Source: Thiohalomonadales bacterium (lineage in GTDB: Bacteria > Pseudomonadota > Gammaproteobacteria > UBA6429 > Thiohalophilaceae). Taken from it: DNA of 64,000 nucleotides. This document shows positions 29,693-38,916 of the stretch, piece by piece (the first letter of the stretch is position 1; every line of letters begins with the position of its first letter). The notes beneath the pieces were generated by a model. It was not told where the DNA came from. It saw only the letters and a list, made by a program, of their open reading frames with translations, and searched no databases. The stretch lies in the NCBI GenBank assembly GCA_040235565.1, contig JBECLA010000043.1:4687-68686 (forward strand). Direction: 5' to 3'. Made by a program: the position numbers and the translations under genes.

Positions 29693-30235
29693 ATGAAAAT
29701 ATGTGTCATTTCTGATAGCCACGATAATCGTTTCCTGATGGCGGCTGCCGTCAAGGACGCCAAGTACCATGGCGCGGAAGCGGTGTTGCATTGCGGCGAT
29801 GTGGTCGCCCCGACCACCTTGCGGATTCTCAATCCGCTGGGCCTGCCAGTCCACGTGATTCACGGCAACAATACGGGAGATGTGTTCACACTCGCCAAGC
29901 TGTCACATGACCCCGACAGTGTGATCCACTATCACGGTCAGGATGCCGGCATTGAACTGGCTGGTCGCCGTATCTTTATCGTCCACTACCCACACTATGC
30001 CCGTGCCATGGCGACTACCGGCGAATGGGACATTGTCTGCTGCGGTCATGATCATCGTGCCGAAATCGATCACATCCTCAATGTCCGCAACCGTGAAACC
30101 CTGTTTATCAACCCGGGCACCGTGGGCGGTGTCGGCGCGGCCCCCACCTATGTAATGGGAGATCTGGACAGCCTGGATTTTGAAATCCATGATGTCCCGA
30201 ATCCCGAGGGACGAGGTACTAGGGGCGAGGGATGA
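29693..30235 (+). CDS. YfcE/MJ0936-family metallophosphoesterase
   Basis: Motifs ISDSHDN, HCGD, GNNTGD and GHDH. The last ~10 codons and the stop lie inside the GACGAG repeat. Confidence 0.8.
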   Translation: MKICVISDSHDNRFLMAAAVKDAKYHGAEAVLHCGDVVAPTTLRILNPLGLPVHVIHGNNTGDVFTLAKLSHDPDSVIHYHGQDAGIELAGRRIFIVHYPHYARAMATTGEWDIVCCGHDHRAEIDHILNVRNRETLFINPGTVGGVGAAPTYVMGDLDSLDFEIHDVPNPEGRGTRGEG

Positions 30236-30384
30236 GGGACGAGTTGCTAGGGACGAGAGAAAACGGGAACAACGGATATAGATAGCTTTTTTCTACGAAG
30301 AATGGCTCACTTATTTAATTATTGTCTTCCTTAAAATCTCGATCAACCGCTGTTCCTCGTCACTCGTCCCTAGCAACTCGTCAC
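30206..30384. repeat. Composite inverted-repeat (MITE-like) element made of GACGAG-family units around an AT-rich 71-bp centre
   Basis: Two direct 24-nt units sit on the left (30206-30229, 30234-30257). The left arm 30236-30275 pairs with the right arm 30347-30384: gggacgagttgctagggacgag matches gtgacgagttgctagggacgag after reverse-complementing. The centre 30276-30346 is AT-rich. Confidence 0.7.
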
Positions 30385-30389
30385 TGCTC

Positions 30390-30821
30390 TCAAGTATTTT
30401 TCTCCACCCAGCGGCTGCCCTGTACGAGGGTCTCCTTTTTCCAGAACGGTGCCCGCGACTTCAGCTCTTCCATCAGGTAGCGATTGGCTTCATAGGCGGC
30501 GGCGCGGTGCGCCGACCAGACTGCGACCACCACAATCGGCTCATTCGGCGACACATCCCCCACCCGGTGAATGATCAAGGAATCGATCAGGTCCCAGCGT
30601 TGTTTGGCTTCCCGACTGATTTTTTCCAGATACTGTTCGGTCATTTCCGGATAATGTTCCAGGGTCATGGCCCGGATTTCATCACCCTCGTTGAAATCCC
30701 GCATACTGCCAACGAACACCGCGGTCGCACCGTATTTCCCGTCCGCCTGGAGTACCTCGCGCTGATAAGCACTCACCTCCTGGTAGGGATCAAAATCCTG
30801 GTTACGGATTTCAACCGTCAT
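30390..30821 (-). CDS. moaE: Molybdopterin synthase catalytic subunit
   Basis: 143 aa immediately downstream of moaD, with a 1-nt gap between the moaD stop and this start. MoaE-like sequence ([22 protein letters not shown]). Confidence 0.93.
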   Translation of the reverse strand: MTVEIRNQDFDPYQEVSAYQREVLQADGKYGATAVFVGSMRDFNEGDEIRAMTLEHYPEMTEQYLEKISREAKQRWDLIDSLIIHRVGDVSPNEPIVVVAVWSAHRAAAYEANRYLMEELKSRAPFWKKETLVQGSRWVEKNT

Positions 30822-30822
30822 T

Positions 30823-31056
30823 TCAGCCTCCGGTTACCGGTGGGAAAAAGGCAACTTCATCACCCTCCACGACGGGATGGTTGGCATCGACATAGTCCAT
30901 ATTGACTGCCATCAGGGTGTTCGCCGGCATGGGTCGTCCGCCACTGGCCAGTTCCCAGACGTCCTGCACCGAACTCACGGTCTGGCTTTCCACACTTGTA
31001 TCAGCCTTTCCGACCTGTTCGCGCAAACTGGCAAAAAACTTTACTGCTATGCTCAT
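30823..31056 (-). CDS. moaD: Molybdopterin synthase sulfur-carrier subunit
   Basis: 77 aa ending in the obligatory C-terminal GG (FFPPVTGG). The start is set at ATG 31056. The 197-aa track ORF is an artefactual upstream extension. Confidence 0.85.
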   Translation of the reverse strand: MSIAVKFFASLREQVGKADTSVESQTVSSVQDVWELASGGRPMPANTLMAVNMDYVDANHPVVEGDEVAFFPPVTGG

Positions 31057-31149
31057 GGTTCTCCGATCCGGATTCGATTGCGATTCAGGGGGAAGCGAGC
31101 CTATCATGTTCATCCGATTCTCCCAACTTCCTGTTCTAAGTATAGTGGT

Positions 31150-31632
31150 ATGAGTAAACTGACTCATTTCAATGCCGAAGGTGAAGCCCACATGGTTGAC
31201 GTGGGCAATAAGGCGTCGACCCGGCGAATCGCCGTCGCGGAAGGGTATATCGCAATGCAACCCGATACGCTCGATCTCATCCTGCGCGGCGAACACAAGA
31301 AAGGCGACGTCCTCGGTGTGGCACGCATTGCCGGGATCATGGCAGCCAAGCGGACGGCCGACTTGATCCCCCTGTGTCATCCTCTGATGCTGACCCGCGT
31401 GGAAGTGGAATTCCATCCCGATTCACAGCAACGCCGGGTCCTTTGCCAGGCCAGCGTGGAAACCCTGGGGCAAACAGGGGTGGAAATGGAAGCGTTGACC
31501 GCGGTACAGATCGCCTTGCTCACGATTTATGACATGTGCAAAGCCGTGGATCGGGGTATGCGCATGGGCGATATCCAGTTGATGGAAAAACGGGGCGGAA
31601 AGTCCGGTCATTGGCGACGAGGCGCAGACTGA
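31150..31632 (+). CDS. moaC: Cyclic pyranopterin monophosphate synthase
   Basis: [19 protein letters not shown]-terminus and IPLCHPL and GVEMEALTA motifs. The start is set at ATG 31150. Divergent from moaDE. Confidence 0.93.
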   Translation: MSKLTHFNAEGEAHMVDVGNKASTRRIAVAEGYIAMQPDTLDLILRGEHKKGDVLGVARIAGIMAAKRTADLIPLCHPLMLTRVEVEFHPDSQQRRVLCQASVETLGQTGVEMEALTAVQIALLTIYDMCKAVDRGMRMGDIQLMEKRGGKSGHWRRGAD

Positions 31633-31757
31633 TTCACCGCCCCATCATTGTCGTCACTCGTACTTCTACCTGCAAATGTATTGTGACTTGCTATACTTGA
31701 TACTCACACTAAAGTATTAAACAGCCAGGAAGGCTCTACTCTAGCAGGTATAGGGTC

Positions 31758-32711
31758 ATGAAAAACAATAACTTAGCCAGCCGGTTGTTGGGGATCACGC
31801 TACTCCTTTTCGGCTTCTCCCCGTCGATCAATGCCAATAATGCCGACTGGATGCTCGTGGAACGCTTCAAGTCGGTGCAAGAGCAAGCCGAAGGCGGCAA
31901 GGTTCAGGCCATGTATGATCTCGGTCGCATGTATGAACGGGGCCGGGGTACCGCGGTGAATTTCAGCCGTGCTGTCGAGTGGTACCAAAAAGCCAGCTCC
32001 GCAGGCAACGCGGCGGCCAAAGGTCGTCTCGGGATCCTGTATTTCGAGGGGCGAGGCGTCTCGCAAGACCATCAACAGGCCTATCGCCTGCTGAACGAAG
32101 CGGCCAAAGCAAATATCCCTGCCGCCCAGTATCAACTGGGGCTGATGTATGAGTGGGGGACCGTCGTCAAGCAGGATAAACAACAGGCCATGAAGTGGTA
32201 CCAGAAGGCCATGCAAGGTGGCGACTATCGTGCCAAAGACAAGATCGCACAATTGGTCTCCCAGCAGGACACCAGTCCCCGAAAAGCACCCCGGGCCAAA
32301 AAGACCAATATCCTGCCCACGATATTGAATGCCAAATGGCATGCCGGTACGCGACCCGCCGGGATTCTGCCCTCGGAAATCAGTCAGTGCGAGCCCTTCC
32401 AACGTGGCTTGAAGTGCCACTCGGAACAGCAACGCAGTACCGGGCTGGAAACCATAACCTACAAAACCGAAGCCACTATCAGCGACGTAAACCAGAAATC
32501 CTTTACGATCAGTTACCACAACACGGTGTTGAAGGTGAGCCCCAAAACACCGGCTGATGCCGCAGACGAAGGAGAAACACCGCCGATCGCCAACAGCATC
32601 AAGGTGGGACAAAAAAGCCCGGAGCATAGACTGGATTGTCAGTTTGAGAATAAAAACCAGATTCGCTGTAACAAGGACCACATCCGCAACTACAGCTTTG
32701 TTTCCAAATAG
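31758..32711 (+). CDS. Secreted Sel1-repeat (TPR-like) protein with a distinct C-terminal domain
   Basis: Signal peptide, then four Sel1 repeats (AMYDLGRMYERGRG..., RLGILYFEGRG..., YQLGLMYEWG..., AMKWYQKA...). A ~140-aa Cys-containing tail follows. Confidence 0.85.
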   Translation: MKNNNLASRLLGITLLLFGFSPSINANNADWMLVERFKSVQEQAEGGKVQAMYDLGRMYERGRGTAVNFSRAVEWYQKASSAGNAAAKGRLGILYFEGRGVSQDHQQAYRLLNEAAKANIPAAQYQLGLMYEWGTVVKQDKQQAMKWYQKAMQGGDYRAKDKIAQLVSQQDTSPRKAPRAKKTNILPTILNAKWHAGTRPAGILPSEISQCEPFQRGLKCHSEQQRSTGLETITYKTEATISDVNQKSFTISYHNTVLKVSPKTPADAADEGETPPIANSIKVGQKSPEHRLDCQFENKNQIRCNKDHIRNYSFVSK

Positions 32712-32818
32712 ACAGATAGGCACGGCACCGATTTAGCTGGACAACAACAAGCATTTTATCCGGCTTAAACCATTGCTCAGGCTTGTCAGCGGCAAACTGT
32801 CACTTAGAATACAGCTTC

Positions 32819-33502
32819 ATGTCTTCCGTCATCCCCGCCTGCCCACCACAGTCCGAAGCTGACCTGCTGGCTAATGCTGAGAAAATCGCTGGCATGCGGC
32901 TTGGCGAACTGGCGGGGCGACTGGGTTTGAGTGTCCCGGCCTCTTTACTGACCGCCAAAGGCTGGGTCGGGCAGTTAATTGAACAATGCCTGGGGGCCAC
33001 GGCGGCTTCACTCCCGGAGCCGGATTTCCAGCACATTGGCGTTGAATTGAAAACCCTGCCGATCAATTCGCAGGGCCAGCCCCAGGAATCCACCTACGTA
33101 TGTACCGTGCCACTTGTGGAGAATACCGGGTTGAACTGGGAAACGTCCTGGGTACGCCGCAAACTCCAGCGGGTACTCTGGATCCCGGTCGAGGCCGATG
33201 GCTCGCTACCGGTGGCAGCACGACGTATCGGGATGGCGCTGCTGTGGTCACCCACCCCCCAACAGGAAGCGGTATTACAACAGGATTGGGAAGAGCTGAT
33301 GGAAATGATCGTTACCGGCAAGCTGGAACAAATCTCCGCCCGTCACGGAACCTGGTTACAGATCCGTCCCAAGGCCGCCAATGCCCGTGCGCTGTGTACT
33401 GCCTTTGATGAGCAAGGTGCTCCCACTGAAACCCTGCCGCGCGGCTTTTACCTGCGCCCCGGCTTTACCCGTATCCTCCTGGCGGAGCATTATCAGTCCT
33501 AG
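32819..33502 (+). CDS. mutH: DNA mismatch repair endonuclease MutH
   Basis: Length ~227 aa. Catalytic D...E.K region in LPEPDFQHIGVELKTLP. Overall MutH-like N-terminus (ALLANAEKIAGMRLGELA). Confidence 0.85.
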   Translation: MSSVIPACPPQSEADLLANAEKIAGMRLGELAGRLGLSVPASLLTAKGWVGQLIEQCLGATAASLPEPDFQHIGVELKTLPINSQGQPQESTYVCTVPLVENTGLNWETSWVRRKLQRVLWIPVEADGSLPVAARRIGMALLWSPTPQQEAVLQQDWEELMEMIVTGKLEQISARHGTWLQIRPKAANARALCTAFDEQGAPTETLPRGFYLRPGFTRILLAEHYQS

Positions 33503-35037
33503 ATCACTTCACCTGACTTCGCCTGCATGTCCGGCAAGGGCGGCTTCACATCAGGATACAGTACATCCAGCGGAATTGACCGACCGTCCTCCTGCACAAT
33601 TCGCGCATGGAAGCGGCATAAAAGACGCGGCTCGCTCACCCCACAGGAATGGGCAATCAAGCCAACTTCATGGTTAAGGTTGTTGGCATAATGCATGACC
33701 CGTATGGCTTTGTCGTCCGGGTTCAGCCCTTTCTGCAAACGTGGATTATGGGTGGTAATACCGGTCGGACAGGTATTCTGATTGCACTGCAAAGCCTGGA
33801 TACAGCCCAGCGCGAACATGAAGCCGCGTGCCGTAACCACGAAGTCGGTACCGACACAAAGCGCCCAGGCAATATCTGTCGGGGTAACCAATTTGCCGGA
33901 AGCAATTACCCTGATGCGTTGACGCAGGCCATACTGATTCAGCTTGTCGACCAGCATGGGCAAACTTTCGCGTAACGGTAACCCGACATCATCCATCAGG
34001 GCCATGGGCGCAGCACCGGTGCCGCCATCAGCACTATCGAGAGTAATAAAATCCGGAGCGCTCTGTTCACCCCGGCTGAGAATGATTTGACACAGCGTAT
34101 CCAGCCAGCCATACGCACCCAAAACCATTTTAAAACCCACTGGTTTGCCGGTGACCTGTCGCACATGTTGCACCATATCGAGCAGGTCATCGACACTATT
34201 AATCTCGGGGTGTCGATTGGGACTGATCGAGGCTTGATATGGATGAATACCGCGTATGGCGGCGATCTCCTCTGTCACTTTGATAGCAGGAAGGATCCCG
34301 CCTTTGCCCGGTTTGGCGCCCTGACTGAGCTTGATTTCAAACATCCGCACCTGTTCATGGGCAGCAATGTCGCGCAATTTTTCATCACTCAGGGTCCCCG
34401 CGAGATCACGCACGCCATATTTGGCAGTGCCAATCTGAAATACCAGATCGGCCCCACCATCAATATGGTAGGGAGACAACCCGCCTTCCCCGGTGTTCAT
34501 CCAGCACCCCGCCAGGTGCGCGCCTCGCGACAACGCCAGTGTTGCGGGACGGGAAATTGCGCCATAACTCATAGCGGAAATATTCACCAATGAATTGGTG
34601 GTAAAAGGCTTGTCACACGCCGGTCCGATTGTTAATGGTTGAAGTTGTGAGGCATCTTCCTCCAGCGTTGGAAACGGACAATTCACAAATAAAACCGTGC
34701 CGGGTGTGGATAAATTACGGGTTGAACCAAAGGCGCGGGTATTGTTGAGATTCTTGGCCGCACGATAAACCCAGACACGTTGCGCACGATTGAAAGGTAA
34801 CTCTTCCCGATCCATCGCAAAGAAATACTGCCGGAAGAATTCTCCCAGTTTCTCGAATAAATAACGGAATCTCCCAATGACAGGATAGTTTCGACGAATG
34901 GCCTGTTTTGTCTGACTGACATCCAGTATATAAGTGATAATGATGACAAGTGCGACGGTGCCAACCACGAAAATAAAAAGTGCCGACATTACTTGCAGAC
35001 CGGTGTACAACAGCTCCGGCATATCGCTAAGTTGCAT
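33499..35037 (-). CDS. FMN-binding glutamate synthase-family protein with N-terminal membrane anchor
   Basis: Resembles the GltS FMN domain (GEGGLSP, KLSQGAKPGKGG, DGGTGAAP motifs). One N-terminal TM helix. The start is set at ATG 35037. Confidence 0.85.
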   Translation of the reverse strand: MQLSDMPELLYTGLQVMSALFIFVVGTVALVIIITYILDVSQTKQAIRRNYPVIGRFRYLFEKLGEFFRQYFFAMDREELPFNRAQRVWVYRAAKNLNNTRAFGSTRNLSTPGTVLFVNCPFPTLEEDASQLQPLTIGPACDKPFTTNSLVNISAMSYGAISRPATLALSRGAHLAGCWMNTGEGGLSPYHIDGGADLVFQIGTAKYGVRDLAGTLSDEKLRDIAAHEQVRMFEIKLSQGAKPGKGGILPAIKVTEEIAAIRGIHPYQASISPNRHPEINSVDDLLDMVQHVRQVTGKPVGFKMVLGAYGWLDTLCQIILSRGEQSAPDFITLDSADGGTGAAPMALMDDVGLPLRESLPMLVDKLNQYGLRQRIRVIASGKLVTPTDIAWALCVGTDFVVTARGFMFALGCIQALQCNQNTCPTGITTHNPRLQKGLNPDDKAIRVMHYANNLNHEVGLIAHSCGVSEPRLLCRFHARIVQEDGRSIPLDVLYPDVKPPLPDMQAKSGEVI

Positions 35038-35236
35038 GACCAACTCCTTCCGCTTACCAACAAACCATCGTCCTGTTAATGCCAGGAGAACAGCATTTGT
35101 TATTCTATGAATTGTGAGACAGCGCGCTTGGTAATGTGTTCCAATGATTGCGTCGTGTTGCGTTGAAACAGTTTTGTCCTCAAACAAAATATAGCGGATA
35201 ATTGCAATTTCTTTCCCGCTGACTTTTCAACAAACC

Positions 35237-36055
35237 ATGACCGAACAAAGCAAACAGGATGTCGTTACAGTATTTGACCAGGTAGCAGGGCATTACGATA
35301 ACCCTGCGATGCGGTTTTTTCCATTCTGCGCTGATCGTCTCATTGCTCACTTGCGTCTGCATCCTGGTGACAAGATCCTCGATGTCGCAACAGGAACCGG
35401 TGCCGTTGCTCTGGCCGCCGCCCAGGCGATTGGTCCCCAGGGACGTGTCCAGGCCATCGATCTGTCAGAGAAGATGTTGCAAACAGCCGTCACCAACCTG
35501 CAGCGTTCCGGACTGACTAATGTCGATTTCCATATTATGGATGCCGAGTCGGTGGAGTTTAAAAGTCGTTATTTTGATTGCGCCACCTGTTCCTTCGGTA
35601 TCTTTTTCCTGCCGGACATGCAGGCCGGACTCACCAGCTGGCGCCAGGTATTAAAGCCAGGTGGACGGGTTATGTTTACCAGCTTCACGGCTAACGCGTT
35701 TCAACCGCTGGCCGACCTGTTTCGCCAACGTATGGAAAGCTTTGGCGTGGTAATTCCGGCAGAGAAATGGATGCGTTTGACTACCGAAGAAGAATGTCTT
35801 GCCCTGCTGGAGGCCGCCGGCTTCGTGAAACCGGAAGTCGTCATGGAACAACTGGGTTATCATCTCAACGGGCCGGAGGATTGGTGGGAAATTATCTATA
35901 GCAGTGGTTTCCGAGGCTATCTGGAAAAACTCGATACCGAACAAGCAGGTCGTTTTCGGGTTGAACACCTGGCAGAAATACAATCCCTCATGGATGACAA
36001 GGGCTTATGGCTGAATGTAGAAACCCTGTTCAGTACCGGCATACGGCCTGAATAA
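35237..36055 (+). CDS. Class I SAM-dependent methyltransferase
   Basis: Motif I ILDVATGTGAVAL and the post-I acidic residue (AIDLSEKM); ~270 aa. Confidence 0.85.
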   Translation: MTEQSKQDVVTVFDQVAGHYDNPAMRFFPFCADRLIAHLRLHPGDKILDVATGTGAVALAAAQAIGPQGRVQAIDLSEKMLQTAVTNLQRSGLTNVDFHIMDAESVEFKSRYFDCATCSFGIFFLPDMQAGLTSWRQVLKPGGRVMFTSFTANAFQPLADLFRQRMESFGVVIPAEKWMRLTTEEECLALLEAAGFVKPEVVMEQLGYHLNGPEDWWEIIYSSGFRGYLEKLDTEQAGRFRVEHLAEIQSLMDDKGLWLNVETLFSTGIRPE

Positions 36056-36188
36056 ATACAATGATCGACTGCAAGATAATTCGCGCACCTCTACCCAAAT
36101 AAAACCAGGCACTGCTTCACCTGTTTTTCCTTGCGCAACACTCATATAATACAACCGCATCATCAGGCAGTGACCGCAGGAGTATTAT

Positions 36189-36893
36189 ATGAGGGACAAT
36201 AAACCAGACACGAACCTGTTCGGAACAGATTTGGTTGGTACCGAAACCGATCGACAGTCACTGGAAAAACAACTGGCCCTGTATCAACAGCATCTTGCGG
36301 AATTACCCGATAGTGCCAGCGAAGTCGATCGCGCCCGTGTCTTACTTGATATTGCAGAAACCCAATTAGCGCTGGAACACAAGGATGAAGCGTGGAATAC
36401 CGCACGGGAAACATTGGATATCTTTTTACAGGCAGAACACTGGCAGGAGGCCGTGGAATGTTGCAATGTCTTGTTTCAGACCGAGCAACCTGCTTCCCTC
36501 GCTGCTTTGGGGCAAGGTGTATGGTTGGCGGTGACCTTTCCGATACAACCTGACACGACTATTGCCATGCTGCAGCATATCATTGAAGAAACACCCGCCG
36601 ATTCAGATGGTGCAGCCGTTGCAGCGATCACCGCGCACTATATTGCTGATATTCGTTCTCCCGAGGAAAAGCATCATAGCCTGACATTCCTCACCCAGAA
36701 CCTCCTCGGCCAGGTCGCCAAAAGACATAGCAATGTCAGCACCCAGAGCGAGCTTGATGCCTGGTTGGACAAATTACAGCTCCGGGAGTCACAGGAGTTT
36801 CTTCCGCGCCTGGCCACTGTCATCGATGTACTTGTGCAGGATGACTGGTGGTTTGATCGGGATGAGTTACGGACTAAATTACCAATACATTAA
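36189..36893 (+). CDS. Hypothetical helical protein
   Basis: 234-aa ORF with coding-like composition. No motif recognised. Confidence 0.5.
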   Translation: MRDNKPDTNLFGTDLVGTETDRQSLEKQLALYQQHLAELPDSASEVDRARVLLDIAETQLALEHKDEAWNTARETLDIFLQAEHWQEAVECCNVLFQTEQPASLAALGQGVWLAVTFPIQPDTTIAMLQHIIEETPADSDGAAVAAITAHYIADIRSPEEKHHSLTFLTQNLLGQVAKRHSNVSTQSELDAWLDKLQLRESQEFLPRLATVIDVLVQDDWWFDRDELRTKLPIH

Positions 36894-36978
36894 TTTTTCC
36901 AATGGTCAGCTACTGTTCCAGATCACCGGTCTGGACGATCACAATGTAGCGCAACAGTCAAATACCTTCACTGTTTCC

Positions 36979-37299
36979 ATGTTCAAACTCTATGACGCCA
37001 GTAATCTTACCGAAGCCCATCTGCTTCTCGACCTGTTAACCCAGGCAGGTATCGAGGCAAAAATCCTTAATGCTTTCGCCCAGGGTGCATCTGGTGAAAT
37101 CCCGTTTGGACAGGCCTATCCCGAAATCTGGTTAGAGGATGAAAATGACCTGGCGCGCGCCCGCGCCATCATTCACGAATATGAAACAACTCCGGTTACA
37201 ACCGATTGGATTTTTTGTCGACGATGTGGAGAACGTAATCCCGCCAACTTTGAACTGTGCTGGCACTGTGGCAATGAACTTAACCCAGCGAATGAATAA
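36979..37299 (+). CDS. DUF2007-like small protein with C-terminal zinc-ribbon
   Basis: N-terminus MFKLYDASNLTEAHLLLDLLTQAGIEAKILN is typical of the putative signal-transducing DUF2007 fold. C-terminal CRRCGERNPANFELCWHCG (CxxC...CxxC). The start is set at ATG 36979. Confidence 0.65.
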   Translation: MFKLYDASNLTEAHLLLDLLTQAGIEAKILNAFAQGASGEIPFGQAYPEIWLEDENDLARARAIIHEYETTPVTTDWIFCRRCGERNPANFELCWHCGNELNPANE

Positions 37300-37386
37300 C
37301 GATGCGTCGCAGGACCAAATCGCGACAGGCGCAACAGGTTAATGGGTTATTCAAGTGATATGCCAATAAACACCGGAAGGTGACAC

Positions 37387-38916
37387 CTAGCTGTTGTTAC
37401 CTTTATTCGCCACCGGCGTAAACTTTACCGGTTTGTTTTCCAGTGCGATTCCATATTTGACTTCAATCCGGTTGCGTCCCAGGCGTTTTGCGGTATACAG
37501 GGCATCATCAGCTCGCTGAATCAGGGTGGCTGGTGTATCACCGTTTACATACATGGTCATACCGGCTGAGAACGTGGGCGTATCAATCACATCATCATCA
37601 TGCACACAACGGGTTTCTGCCACGACCCGACGTACCTTGTTTAATGCTGCCTGGGCACCATGTTCATCAGTATTGGGTAACAACACCGCAAACTCTTCAC
37701 CCCCATAGCGGGCGACCATGTCATGTTGCCGGAATACAGTGAGAATATCATTGGCATAGGTGCGCAGGACAGTATCACCACCGGCATGGCCAAAGCGATC
37801 ATTAATGGTTTTGAAGTTATCCAGATCAAGCATTACCAGGGCGAGACGGAAACCATATCGTTTGGTGCGACCTACTTCATCTTCCAGCCTGCGCATGAAC
37901 GCGCGCCGGTTTGGCAATTCAGTCAGTTCGTCAGTCATACTCAGCATTCTGACGCGTGCCAGCTCGTCACTCAGCTTGCGACTGTCGGTCTCAATCATGC
38001 GTAGATAACTTTTTGTCTCACTCAGCCTGTCGATCAGGGCGTGATGAGTCTGAGACAGAGAGGAGACATCTTCCAGCAAACATTTTCGCAGTACTTGTAT
38101 GTCCTGCATGTTTTCTGCTTCTTGCAGACCATTACTGACACTATCCAGCATGCTGCCGAACTGCCTGTTTTCCTCAATCGTTTCCTGAATACGTTGGGCG
38201 AGCATTTGCTGAACCTTTTCAGCGTTTTGTTGCTGGGTATTCAGGTAACGACGATAAGTGGAGGCAAGTTTTTCCTCCACGTCCTGCTGCTCATTGGAAG
38301 GCAGAACCTCTTTCTGCTGCGTTTCCGACACTTCCGGTTCTATTTCATAATCCTGCACTGACTGTTCAGTGTGAAGTTCGCTTTCATACTCATCCCAGGA
38401 TTGACGCGCCTGCGGCGTGAGTTGTTCTTCACCTGGAGCTTGTTCACCGGCATAGTATGCCAATAGTGGTTGAATGGCATTTTGTAGTACTTTCTCGTCA
38501 TAATTTTGCAGCCGTTCGCTGTGCAAGGTATACATGTCGATGTAGCGACGCAGGGATTTGAGTTCCGCAAGCGCAAGCGGGGTTTTCAGCTGTTTCTGAA
38601 TCAGGCGGGTTTGCACATACAAAGGAGTATCAGGTTTGAGATGCCGGGAATAGGCATCAAGCAGACTGGACAGCCAGAATCGAAATACCTGCTCACGCTC
38701 CGCATGATCCTGTTCCGATTCCTTGAGGATGCGTTCAACCTGTTGGTAAACGATGGCGCCCGCACGACTGGCATTCAACTCATCCAGAAGGAGCAGAATT
38801 CGTCGAGCGGAGACAGAAATAGACGGATCAGTTATTTTTTCTTCTGCCGTATGCTGAAGCTGCGTTGATTCATTTGAGTCAGGGACTTCCACCACCCGCT
38901 CCTCCCCCACGAGCAA
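37387..38916 (-). CDS. Cytoplasmic diguanylate cyclase with long N-terminal helical/coiled-coil region
   Basis: The C-terminal GGDEF domain has an active-site RYGGEEFAVLL. There is an RxxD-like I-site candidate (RRLED) upstream. No TM helices seen. Confidence 0.85.
   Translation of the reverse strand: MLVGEERVVEVPDSNESTQLQHTAEEKITDPSISVSARRILLLLDELNASRAGAIVYQQVERILKESEQDHAEREQVFRFWLSSLLDAYSRHLKPDTPLYVQTRLIQKQLKTPLALAELKSLRRYIDMYTLHSERLQNYDEKVLQNAIQPLLAYYAGEQAPGEEQLTPQARQSWDEYESELHTEQSVQDYEIEPEVSETQQKEVLPSNEQQDVEEKLASTYRRYLNTQQQNAEKVQQMLAQRIQETIEENRQFGSMLDSVSNGLQEAENMQDIQVLRKCLLEDVSSLSQTHHALIDRLSETKSYLRMIETDSRKLSDELARVRMLSMTDELTELPNRRAFMRRLEDEVGRTKRYGFRLALVMLDLDNFKTINDRFGHAGGDTVLRTYANDILTVFRQHDMVARYGGEEFAVLLPNTDEHGAQAALNKVRRVVAETRCVHDDDVIDTPTFSAGMTMYVNGDTPATLIQRADDALYTAKRLGRNRIEVKYGIALENKPVKFTPVANKGNNS

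Noticed and set aside
31800-32723. 307-aa ORF fully antisense to the Sel1-repeat gene. Similar long antisense ORFs occur at 16123-16620, 41687-42358, 47665-48297 and 62357-62848.
   Set aside because: In each case the opposite strand has clear family motifs (Sel1 repeats, signal peptide plus CxxCH, LysR HTH, PfkB, PP2C). The antisense translations are low-complexity, Arg/Gly/Pro-rich and motif-free. These are shadow ORFs, which are typical of GC-rich coding DNA.
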